Below, piece by piece: positions 20,168 to 31,800 of a DNA stretch of 64,000 bases. Positions within the stretch are counted from its first letter, which is position 1. Every line of letters starts with the position of its first letter. A program made the position numbers and the translations under genes. Source of the stretch: Entomortierella parvispora E1425 (Eukaryota > Fungi > Mortierellomycota); contig BQFW01000009.1 of assembly GCA_020891255.1 (NCBI GenBank), forward strand, positions 434,001-498,000, read 5' to 3'. The notes below the pieces were generated by a model, which was given only the letters and a program-made list of their open reading frames with translations, was not told the DNA's origin and did no database searches.

Positions 20168-20246
20168 AAACGTGATCCATCTTTATTTTAGCGCCTCCAA
20201 AAAAAAGAGAAAAAGAAATTTTTCGAGGATCATGAACCTCACCATC
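20149..20246 (+). repeat. 98-bp direct repeat of DIRS left-end sequence 11079-11176
   Basis: Identical apart from one base (agcaatcaca versus agcaatctca). Confidence 0.93.
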
Positions 20247-20297
20247 GAAGCTAAGGATGACCCTACGCGAAGGAGCAAACAAGGGCGGGTGGGAGGG

Positions 20298-20367
20298 AAC
20301 AATATGAGATTGCTCCTCGCAGAATGTAGAATGGCCTTCGGGGAGACCCCTCGACCAAAAGAGGGCA
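20298..20367 (+). repeat. DIRS right terminal repeat (70 bp)
   Basis: Perfect inverted partner of 20098-20167. Its first 19 nt are also inverted relative to 11079-11097 (one mismatch). Confidence 0.93.
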
Positions 20368-20490
20368 AAGTTGCGGCCATGGTAATCCCGAAAAATGAAA
20401 AGGTAAACTAAATTTCCAACCAGCCACTGTATTGAATCAAAAGTGCCGAAATTCATTGGTGTTGACTGCACAAGCATGTTTTCATCTTTG

Positions 20491-20542
20491 GAGATTCCTG
20501 GTTATTCAAGGTTTACGAGATTCCTGGTTATTCAAGATTTAC
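20491..20542 (+). repeat. 26-bp tandem duplication
   Basis: gagattcctggttattcaaggtttac followed by gagattcctggttattcaagatttac (one mismatch). Confidence 0.85.
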
Positions 20543-20861
20543 GTTGAGCTTCACCCGAAGGATATAAGTCGCTCCACCCCATTGTTGTCTATAGGGCAAT
20601 AGTGGAGGTGTAAAAGGGGGGATCAAAAAGACAACGCCGAGATCACGTTATAAAGCAGGGGATAATATCCTACTTGAAGGCGAGCCGAGATTGTCTTCAA
20701 TGTTCCAACTCAAAAATAATGCAAATCGTGTTGGGTCAAGGGTTGAGCTATCTTGGCGTGGGGGTTTTTTTTATTTTCTCTCTAGGAGGACTTTACGAAG
20801 AATATTTACATACGGTGTAGAAAGGAAAAGAGGGACTCTGGAGTCAATAACGCAATGCACT

Positions 20862-23800
20862 TTATCCAAAAAACGACTCCAACGAGGCTGCTGAAGCAGG
20901 TTGCAACTGTTGGTGTTGGTGTTGCTGCTGCTGCTGCTGCTGTTGTTGTTGTTGTTGTTGCTGCTGTGTGAGATGACTAGAAAAGTTCAGTGGCATTGCG
21001 GTTGTCACATCAGTAGCAGAGCGAAGGCCAAATCCCCCATCAGCCACCATGACGGACGAAGTTGTTGTCGTAGATGTGAACGTGTTGGACAAACCTAACC
21101 CTTGCGGATAAAATGACGTGCCGAAACCAGACCCCGTTGAGAACATTGTTCCTTGATGGTAGGGTTGCTGCTGTTGGTGCGAATATGTCGGTGCCACCAT
21201 GGGCGTAGACGATGTTGACGTGGACGAGTTTGAGATGGGCTGTTGAGGAGTCTCATACTCGAAATGATAAATCGGCTGCTGTGACTGATGTGTACCATTG
21301 GCAGTCGAAAATGGCAAGGAAGACAGCATCAAGTTGTCATTTGGGTCCCTGTAAATGTTGCCACCTGTCCCAACGGTGACACCTCTTGAGGACGCAGCAA
21401 AGAGAGGCAGACTGACATTAATGGGCACCATGTCGACGCCCGGAAATGAAAATCCATCAGACAGAACAGCCTGCTGCTGTTGTTGCTGAAGCGTCTGCAA
21501 CTGCGATCCCATGCCCGGTCCATAAGGAAGGCCGCCGTTGGGTTGGATGCCAGACATTGCATAGACACCCATTTGCCTCCGCTTCCTGATGATGGACTCC
21601 ATGTCATGCATCTTTTCACGGCCTTCGCCCAGACCAATCCCTGACGATTCCTGAAGGGTTGCGGCTGGTTGAGGATCCTGAGTAAGCGATTGTGGCTGTT
21701 GCTGCTGCTGCTGCTGCTGCTTCTGAGATGGTTGTTGAGGAGCAACTCCAGGTTGTTTTTGCTGCTGTTGCTGCTTTGACGATCCAACAGAAGCACTTTT
21801 GTCGATTTGAAGACACCGTGCAATCATTTTTTGTTGAGCCGCTTTTTGTCTGTCCTCCAGCGATTCCAGATCTGCAGTCAGCCACGAATAAAAGTACTGA
21901 TAATCCAGATCCTCAAACATCTTCAACAATCTCGCCACCTTGCTGACCTGACCCCGACATCGACTCCTGAGCCTGGGTGAGAACGTGGTCGACGACGGCG
22001 AGGATGGCGACGACGAGCCTGTGGCATCATTCTCCGATCCTGACTTGACATTCCTGCTCTCCATCAACAGTTTGTCATAAATCCTCAGACACCAATCCAG
22101 CCCTGCACCCACACAGGCCATCCGCGCTCGTTCAGGGTATCGCTCCAGGATCATGGTCGACCAGATGACCAGCCGATCCGCTTCCTGGACACATTGCATG
22201 ATCTTGTCCAGATAGTCTTGTCGTTTCATGTAGTGCTGCTGCTGAGCGATTTGCTGTTGCAGTGATGCCGTGGATAGGTTTGGCATACCAGCAACAGAGA
22301 TTGAGCCCGAGCGCTGATTCGCCATAGGTGTCGCACCAAACTGGGGCGTACGAGGAATGATTGACGAGGCCGGCGTAGAGGACAGTGTCATAGGTGAGGG
22401 CACCGAGGATGTGTTTGAGGAATTGGAGGACGATGACAGACTCATTTCCATGGGGGTCGAGAACGTATCGAACTGAGGGGTCGCTCCAGTCTGCCGTGCT
22501 GTATTGGCAGATGATGGTGATGAGGGCATAGCAGTCGCCAAGAGATCGGTCCCGACAAGTAACATGTTTGGATACAATAAAAGAATCCTCAGCATGGAGT
22601 AGATTGCCTGCAATCCGACTGCTCGACCATTCACTCGGGGGTCCACACGTTCCAGTCGGGAAGCATCAGTCTGAGCCATCAGTCTCGGAGGCAAATCCTC
22701 AGTCCAGAGCTTGAGCGACAGGACCAGCTCTGCCTCTGAATACTCCGTCGCCAGAATATCCTCTGGAGGCAAGTTCAAGTAATAAGCCGGTTGTGGTTGC
22801 TCCTTTGTTCCATCCTGAGTTTGTTTTTGCTGCTGATGAGAGGCCATAGACACCGCAGCTTTCCGACTCGCCTCAATCAATCGATCCTTCTCCTTCAACT
22901 GGGACTGAAAGTACGAATGAATCTTGCGTCCGATTCTCCAGAGATTGATTTCCTTGAGCATGAACCACCGTGTCCAGAGTCCATCGTCATGATCCAATTC
23001 TGTCAAGGCCGGGAAGGGTGCTTCCAGGAAATGATCGTCCATCTGGGCTAACTGACCTCGAACCACATGGTGAACAGAATCAAAGACGTAACAGGCCCAA
23101 AAGAGCCATGTCCGATTCTGCACCACAATTGGCTTTGGCATCCATCGAGTGCAGTCCACATGAAGCCCCAAAAACGCCGACTCCGTCAACAGCTTGAGCA
23201 ATTCGACTCGAAGCTGAGTCCTTGGGTAGACGTAGCAAAGAAACAAGCATGCTTGAAGATATGTGACAGAATAGGTGGGTCGAATGTCCTCCAGATGAAT
23301 CATCAAGCCTAGAAAACAACAGAGGTTCCCATCACGGTGTTAGTCTTTCGAATCTGAAGGACCTTTCTTTCAAAAAAAGAAGTTTCAGATGTTTCACTCA
23401 CCATAAGCGCGGTTAAAATACCGCATGTACTGTTGCTTGTTCACATCCTTTCCAATGGCTTTTTTCGTGGCTCCGTCGGGCCTTATAGCTTTTGATCCAA
23501 TATTTTCAATCTCGGGGTCGATTCGGACAGCAATGCCTGCAATGGTGTTCAGCAAAATTCTCGACACCAAGTTTGACTTTGACTGTTTGGCTTGCTCCAC
23601 TACCAATGGTGTGATAAACGGTGGGAACAAATGCGAGTTCTGAAGTAGCAAGATCACGAATGATAAGAGAAGTCAATGTGTTAGTCCACAGACACAATGG
23701 TCAAAAGAAGCGCCAAAACAAGTAAATGACGTGACCGCTCACCTTATAAAACACCTCAATCGACCGCTCAATCTTGGCCACCGGTGGCAAGATCAACAGC

Positions 23801-25615
23801 TCCTGGTTCGTTGGCAAGGGCAGCGGGGTCGAATTTCGGACCCAAGCTGGATCTTTGGACTGAATGATCATGTCGTCGTCCCAGGAGTTGCCCTCTGGCT
23901 TCAAATTGACAGCACCGGATTTGCCCCAGAACAGACAAGAGTCGTACAAGTTCAAATCCTTCATAGCTTCCTCCAGTTGTGCGACGCTTCTGGGTGGTGG
24001 GGGTGCTCGAGCTGGGAAGGGTGCTCGCATAATCACGGATTTTTTACCCGTCTTGTTGATGGTCTTTGCTGTCCCGTTGGTGCTGGTATGAGAACCACTG
24101 GTGCTTGGCTGGATAGATGCCCTTTTATCCTTCTTTCCACTGGACGAGGCTGTGGAGGACATGGGAGAGCTAGAGGCCGCTTTGCCATTTTGAGATGGGC
24201 TCTCGCTCTTGCTGTTGCCACCACTTTGCTCCTGCGTCGCCTCGGCGCCTTCAGCAGCCCCCGATCCAGATCCACTGGTGGGTGCCGAGCTGGCCCGGGC
24301 ACTGGACGTTGTTTTCTTGGAAGGGGCTGTTCCTTCAGAGCCCGCATCCTCAGAAGGAGCAGGAGACAACTCTGGGGAGTATTTCTATGTCGTAACAAAT
24401 ATGAATTTGTCAGAGGCGGCTGTGGTTCATTTTTCATACAAAAAAAAAAAAAAAAAAAAAACACGACATTGCGCACAGGGGCTCATGCGCCAAGATGGAA
24501 GCTGTGGGGATCAGTTCAGCCCCATCTTGCGTTCCTGTTCAAAAGGCTCATCCTGACGCTTCCATTGTGTCCAGGCAAACCGCATGGCTCTCCTTTAAAA
24601 AAATACGCAGCGCTGCGCGCCCCCGCGCCCTTGGAAGTGATCTGCAGCCTTCCCTCCAAATCACGGAAACCTTGTCCTCCTGCTCCCTCCCTGTACCCGA
24701 GCCAAGGGCTCCTTTGATGTGCGTTTGCAAAGTCGATATTTCCTGACACCCATTACAAGTCTTCCAGTTTAAAACAGTCATTACCTGAATCGCGGGCGGG
24801 AAATAAGGAAAGCTGGGTATATAGGCCAAATGCTTGGCTGAAAAAGTCGACGTGGAGGTTGTCGTGCTAAGAGGAGAACTAATAAGGATGACTGAACTCT
24901 GGCGACGGCCGGTACTGCTGTTTGACAGAGAGCCCGGATGCTGTGGCTGCCCGTCAATTAAAGCTGATGTCGCGGGCGAAGGCGTATCCGTTGCATCTGT
25001 TGCAAAGGATGACGACCGAGACCGCGATTCCCGCTGTTGCTGTTGCTGTTGCTGCTGTTGTTGCTGTTGCTGTTGTTGCTGTTGTTGCTGTTGCTGTTGC
25101 TGTTGTTGTTGAAACAGTGGTTGCTCCTGTAGGCCTAGCCCTGATTGGTGAGGTTGCTGAAATCCACCGACAGGCAAAATGGAAGACGAGGAGGAAGAGG
25201 ACGCCGCAGTAACAACTTGATCCGACCTGGGCTCTCCTGCTCCTGCACTCAACGTCGATACGACTACAGCCGCGGAGGCCGCCACTGGCGACAACTGAGG
25301 GGTCTGCTGATATTGGGTCGAAGGAGACAAGGGTGCCCCAGCACTAAAATGGGTGCCGTCGTGTTGTGGATGCTGCGGCTGCTGTTGTTGTAGTACCTGT
25401 TGCTGTTGCTGGCTCTGCAAAGGCTGTTGCTGGTGCTGCAATCGGATCTGGGTCGACGGATACCCATGTCGAGGGTTATAGTAATCAGACGCCAGTTGAT
25501 GTTGTTGACTCTGTTCCGAAGGCGAGCTGTGGTAAAAAGGGGCCGTTGAAGGCCGTGTCGTTCCAGACGAAGAAGATGAGTCATAGCCAGAGCTATTTGA
25601 TCGGCTTTGTTGACC

Positions 25616-25688
<73 letters not shown>

Positions 25689-26812
25689 GGTTGTTGTGGT
25701 AACCTTTGCTGTTGATGCTGAACTTTTTGCTGTAGTTGCTGCTGTGTCTGCCGCGTTGGCTGATGTTGCGGTGGTCTGTCCACTTGTGCATAGACCTGAT
25801 GGCCACTTTGGGAAGATCCCAATCCAGCTCCTCGATAAGGCTGACTCAAGCCGCCGCTTATTGACAAGAATGAAGACGAGAGTCCGCCATGACCCAAGGT
25901 CACCGAGGCATTCGCATCTCCAAGGTGGGCCATCATCTGTTGCTCATAGATCTGTTGCTGCATCATGGACCGCATGGCAATCGACTGAGCCAGCTGAAAC
26001 TCTTCCACTTGGTCCAAGTATTGCATTTGTGCCTCCTCGGTCGAAATCTCCCTGGATCGCTTGTTGTGACGGTAAAGATCCTCGGACAACAAGGCACCAC
26101 CAACACCAGTGCTGTCTCGGCTGACAATATAGTGGCCATTGAAGTGGGCGGTAGTGGTGCTACCGTTACTACTGTTGCTTAAGTTGTTGTTGTTGCCGCT
26201 GTTGTTGTTGTTGTTGTTGTAGACAAATTCTTGAGCGTTGTTGCTGCTACTTGACAGAGACTGAGAAGGACCGTTGCTGCTGTTGTTACCAAAAGTGTGG
26301 TGTTGATGTTGTTGCTGTTGTTGTTGGTGTTGGTGCCCCTGTTGATGTGGAGGTTGAGGGGGATGCAGTACGCCACGTACGGCCTGGACCCCTCCTCCTG
26401 ACTGTGTCACCAATCCTGCCGAAACAAACGAATTCGAGAAGCTGTTATGGCCGTTATTGCTGTTGTCGTGGTTGGGGTAGGGATAGATCAATCCCCCTGA
26501 CTGATGGACGTCGTTCACCACATCGGCCATGAGCGCCTGCGCCGGGGATGTGAATGAGGGCGGCACAGCAGAAGACATGTATGCCGAGGTCGATAAAGGA
26601 TTGGTCACCGCAGTCGCGTCTGCTCTTGTACTAGGATGAGACCCCAAAGGTACCGCCGAGTTGGTACCTGTCCCCGAAATGTCCTTGTGGAGTGGTTGCT
26701 GCAACTGCAAATGCTGTTGTTGCTGTTGGTGTTGTTGATTTTGTTGCTGTTGATGATGCTGCTGTTGCTGCTGCTGTGGTTTGTGAAGATCACCAGTCGC
26801 TGTCATCATCAT
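20862..26812 (-). CDS. Fungal-specific transcription-factor-domain (Fungal_trans/MHR) protein with very long polyQ regions; four predicted exons
   Basis: Predicted exons: 26812-24785, 24384-~23740, ~23639-23402 and ~23308-20862. Motifs: IEVFYK|NSHLFPPF, YLQACLFLC, LGLHVD and RTWLFWACYVFD. Confidence 0.8.
25616..25687. repeat. Pure (TTG)~24 microsatellite encoding polyQ on the minus strand
   Basis: Uninterrupted trinucleotide run inside exon 1 of the transcription factor. Confidence 0.9.
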
Positions 26813-27914
26813 CTCTGGCGACTATGGAGAGAGAACGAGAGGAATGAAGGGAAATAAATAAAATGCCCGATTGGAGGGGCTCTGGCAGAAAGAGGCGACT
26901 CTAATTCCCGTATATTTTGGGCAGAAAAGGCCCTTGCTGCGCTGGTTTGGAGCGAAAAAAACCCTGTTCCTGAACGTTGTCAAAGAGTGGCAGGATCGGT
27001 GCAGACAAAAGGTTCCGGCGCAGTTGGAGAAAGCAAGCTTGGTAGCTCTTTTTTTCTTATTCTTTTTTAAGAAAGAAAGAAAGAACAAAAAAAAACAGCG
27101 AGTTTTCGTTCGTTGGTCGTGAGAGGAAAACGATCCGTGATGGATGATCTATTAGGGGGTGACGATGGGGAGTCGACAGGAAAGCAAGAGAGGTAGAGGC
27201 GTTAGGAAGGACCCTTTTTTCGGTAGTGTTGTTTCTCCTTGGCTTTGGGGGTAGACTTGATCCCCCCTCTCCTCCCCTCAACACCCTGTCGAGGGTGAGA
27301 GAGTGAGTCAAAGAGAACGAGAGAGAGGGAAAGAGAGAGTCACAGAGAGAAGGGGCAACGGGCATGGTCAATGCTGTTAAGGTCACCCTATCCTGGCCCA
27401 GCCCAGTCCTGCAGGCCAAGCCCAGCGTCTCGTCCCTCTGTCCGATGCAACCGGCTGATTCTGATCTCTCCACTCATTCCCCCCTTCCTGTTCTGTGGTT
27501 GGTGGCACCAACGTCCATCAGGCAGAGGTCAATTGAACCTATGCCATGTTGTTTCATACGTTTTGGAACCAAAAAGGTGTCTAGAAGCAATGTCGGTCGT
27601 CCTGCAGGCGGATGGGAGTGAACAAAGATCCTTGTGGCCAACACAAAAGCACAGCGGTTTCGATCGCCTTGTGCGAGGGTATTCTTGAGGGGCAGAGGAG
27701 TGGGAGTAGGGAGGGAAGCAGTGGGGTGCAGACAAAGACGCTTATGAATGGTTCATGAGAAAAAGAATGTTTAAAAAAGGGGAAAAGAAAAGACGAGAGC
27801 GGGAATGGAAAAAATGAGAGGAGTGAGTGACAACGAGCAAGGAAGGAAGGACAAAGAACCGTAGTCAAAAGAAGAAAAGAAGAAAGAGAGAGAGAAGAAA
27901 AGAAGGATGAAGAC

Positions 27915-27961
27915 GGATGGATGGATGGATGGATGGATGGATGGATGGATGGATGGATGGA
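27915..27961. repeat. (GGAT)~11 microsatellite
   Basis: Read directly; intergenic. Confidence 0.9.
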
Positions 27962-28848
27962 GGTGATTGGATGGAAGCAAAAGAGTGACCCGTCGGACGG
28001 TCTGTCAGCACACAGCAACAGCACACACCCACACCAAACCAAAGGGGGATTGGAGGAACGAAGAGAGAGAGGAGGTCAAAAAAAAAAAGGAGCGGCAGTA
28101 ATGGAGCAAAAAACGACCTTTTCACTTGGCTTCCCTTCTCATCTCTTCCTTCTCTTCTCTTGCCTTGCCTTCCCCTCTGTTCTGTTCTGTTTAATGTGCA
28201 ATTCATTCCCAACCAGGCAAAGTGGCGGGTGGGTGGGTGGGTGCAGGCTCCTTTTCTTTTTTTTTTTTTTCTTTTTTTTTTTTTCTTGGTCCCGTTCTTT
28301 GCTTCTTGGCTCGGTAGGCGCTCCCCTTTCTCTCTCTCTCGCTCTGTCTACCTTTTAATCTCTCTCCCATCCCGCTGCTCTATTCTGCTCTGCTCTTCTC
28401 TGCTCAGTCTTGACTTCTTTTACCTGCTGAGCTAGAACCCGAGGAGGATTGCCCACTAGAGCGACCATGCCTAACCCTATTGTCCTGAAAGAGTGGCACT
28501 GAAGCAGAATCGATCTGTCAGTTGTTTGAAGCCTGCTGGACAAGAGTGGGCTCTTTTCGTCAAAGAATGGATGATGTCTTCAGGCTCTCTTTCCCACCAC
28601 GCCCCCTTTCCCCTCCACTAACAAATGTTCTTGTTTCCTCAAACCTTCTTGCATTTTTCTTTATCAACGGTCAAGTAGAATGTGACTATGCTGCATGCAT
28701 GCGCAGAAAAACTACATGAAAACTTGGAGAGAAGAAAATAAAATAAAAGAAAAAATTGCAAACACACTGAGTCGAGAACAGACCCATCGCTGGTTTATTG
28801 GGGAAATTTAAGATCCCAAGCTCTTCAACCAGCGTGCTTATCAATCTT

Positions 28849-31800
28849 TTAAGCATGCAGAGTATTGCGAATCCGCTTCCGCTCCTGTCGGACCACCCGC
28901 TCAATCTCTGTGTTGATCGCAAACACCCATTCCTCAAGCTCGCCTCTAGACCGTGCCCGGAAGACGCCGCAGCTCTGAGGAGTGGATCCGTACACGACTC
29001 CATCCTTGACCAATCCTTGACTCACTCCCTTGAATAGGCCCGATCTGCCAAACAGGCGTGAGGACGAGTGCTCCATCGACCGAGACGCCATCGCTGTGAC
29101 CGCCAATCCTCCTCGGCGCGAAAACATCTTTTTGCGCTTGCCTCGCCAGATGGAGAATGTGCAATCCTCATCCGGGTCGTCCACAATCAGTCCATCAGGA
29201 TAAAATCGGGGCAACCGTTCCGATTCATCGTTGGTGCCATGGGATGTGTCTTCGTCCGAGAAATGGCCCGAATAGACATAAATGTCCATGAGCGAATGGA
29301 TTCCAAACAGCTTGCAGGTGCTTGTCGGGATCAAGCGACCAGAGGCCTTGGACCGTCGATGGGGATGGAACAACATCAGGTATCCCTCCGTCAAGACGAG
29401 GTACATTTTCCTGAACGTTTTGTGCAACTTTGGTTTGTAGTACAAACATCCAGACTTTGTCACACTGCGACAACCGTTGACAACGCACCAATTCCAGGTC
29501 TCGGGGCTTACTGCTGCTCGATCGTTGTCCCAGTCTTGAATCGTCTCTCCAACCTGGATCTCGTCGTCGTCTAGACTGGACGCCAACTGGTAGTTGGCCT
29601 GAGCGATCTGCATATGATCTCGGACATCCAGATGCTTCCTCAACCTCCAATAGGCCGCCAATTTCTCCAACTGATCGCACCAGAGATGCGCAGCCTCAGG
29701 GTTGAAGCACCTGAATCGAACGCAGGGCCCGTTCTTCATCTCGATTTCGATAACGTTGCTGTCTTGATGTTGCTCATCTTCCTCGATACCATGGTCGTTC
29801 TGAAGCAAGAAATCCGCCATAAAAGTCGCAGATTTCACGAATGTCTCTCTGAATGTTCCCGCGGGAACAGTGGCGCTCTTGCCATTTGCCGCCCCAGCCA
29901 CAGTTTTCTTGGTCAGGCTGTTGTGCATGGGCTCAGAAGAGTGCAAGTCCAGTTTATGAATCGCCTGGTCTGCGCCTGCGTGTTGCTGTTGCTGCTGATT
30001 TGGGTTGGAAGACGTTGATGACTCAGCTGGAGGCTCTGTTATTATGGTCGGGAAGAAATAATTGTCTGGCTCTCGCATGATCACCTGGGGTTGTTCTTCA
30101 GTCCCAGCGGCTTGAGAGCTTGACGCCTCCCTCTGTTGTGCCCTCGCTTCCTCGGCCGCCTCAGACACGCGCTTCGCAAACGAACTGATCCTATCGCGTT
30201 TGCTTTCTTTGCTTTCCTTTCCCCGCTTCTTCTTCTTCTCCTTCATATAATTGGTATAGCGGGCTGTGTTCCACTCCTTGACGCTCAACACCCGGACGCC
30301 TTCAATCTGCGTCATATCAATGAATCCACGTGCGGATCGCACCTGGGCCTTGAGTCGACGAACAGAGCGACTTTGCGCCATATCCTTGTGGTCTGGATTC
30401 GCAGATCGATGAGGACTGATGCAAAACATGAGCGCTGTGGGGTCGATTGAGCCAGCATGCTGCATGGTTGGACTGTGGGCCTTGGAAGGAATGGTATAAA
30501 TCAACATGTGGTCATGCGTGGTGAGGTAGAGTCGACGGAAGCGGCGAATAGGATTGCCCGAAAATGTGCTGACCCGCACCATGTAACCTTCAATTGGGTC
30601 AGGCTCATGAGCCATCACTCCGTTAGGCTGTCTGGCCTTGGTGGGATAATGTGTAATGGGTCGAAGCTCAAGAAGATGTGTCTATATCGATTCCAATAAT
30701 GAATGTTAGCATCCTATTTTTATTTCTTGCAAACATTCAGGCGCCTGGTAAAATGTCCATAAAACTCACCTTGTCGAGGACCTGCGGGCCAACAACAGTT
30801 GGATCCATTCGTCCTGACCATTGAGAGCCATCCGCGAATCCAATATGATCCCTCTTCAAATGAATGTTGTCCGTCTCCGAGAAAACTCTTTCGTCCCAGT
30901 AGATCCATTCAATGCGGTCATATCTCTTCCAGCACAATGCAACATCGCCATGCTGAGATGGATCCTGCCACATTTTAACCACCTCTGCCCAGTCAGGAAC
31001 CTCTGCCAGCAGAGAGAGGACATGAGATCGCAGGAGTTTAGGCGTCACCTCATCCGGTGCCACCAGAGTTGGTCGTGAGTCTTCGTTTGTCAGATAAAAA
31101 GTTTTAGAAGCTATCCGATCCGGCAAGGTGGTGGCTGCAGTCTTGAAACTCTGCACGGGAGTCTCATCCTCTTGGATCTGCATATTTTGTGGCTGTAGCT
31201 GAGGTAATGTTGCCAGCCCTGTGTCCATGTGCCCCTCATTAGTGTTTTCTGTTGATCCATCTGAGTCGCAGTCTGTCTCGGAATCAGAATCTTCCGGGAT
31301 AGGGACTCGAATTTTGACATCAAAGTCCGGAACTGCAATCTCGATATAGGACGGGATGGGAGGCGCACCATTCAAGACAGTGTATATTTCCATGTACCAC
31401 GCACAGGCCAAAGAGTATGTTCGTGGTCGCAGAATATAGACGGTCAATCCTACATCTTCCTTGTAGTTTTGAGTCAGCGCAATCGAGTAGTCCAGGGACG
31501 AATAAACGGATACAGTGGTTACGGAAGACAAGATGACTGTTCCCCTGATTTTTTTCTACGAACAGAAAAATGGACGGTGTCAGTCGCCAAAAAAAATAAA
31601 AAAAAAATAAAAAAAGGAAAAAAAGTTTGTCAAAAGTGCGCTTACGTGGTTGTAAAAAAACTCTAGTCGACCTTTCTCGACCATTGGCGAGCCTTTGGAT
31701 TTCCGCTTTATCTTGGTTACTGGCGGCTTGGGACCAACAGGGGGCCCCTTTAGTACACACCACCACTCTTTCCATCCTTGACTCTGTCGCTCCAGGCGCC

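Larger units (their letters stand above)
11070..20367 (+). mobile_element. DIRS-type tyrosine-recombinase retrotransposon, full length (~4.23 kb without the nested Gypsy)
   Basis: Contains gag, RT-RNaseH-MT and YR ORFs. An internal complementary region (20070-20167) matches both termini. The empty paralogous site is at 3674/3675, and there is no TSD. Confidence 0.95.
8906..20483 (+). repeat. Segmental duplication, copy 2 (8906-11069 plus 20368-20483), interrupted by the DIRS element
   Basis: Matches 1640-3674 up to GTTAACTCG and resumes with AAGTTGCGGCCATGG (= 3675 onward) after the element. Confidence 0.92.

Noticed and set aside
24385-24784. CNGC and CAQC as remnants of a Zn2Cys6 cluster inside intron 1 of the transcription factor
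   Set aside because: The spacing does not give CX2CX6CX5-12CX2CX6-8C in any frame, and stops intervene.
24834-26124. Poly-Cys, poly-Val and poly-Asn ORFs overlapping the transcription factor
   Set aside because: They are alternative-frame or antisense readings of the CAA/CAG tracts.
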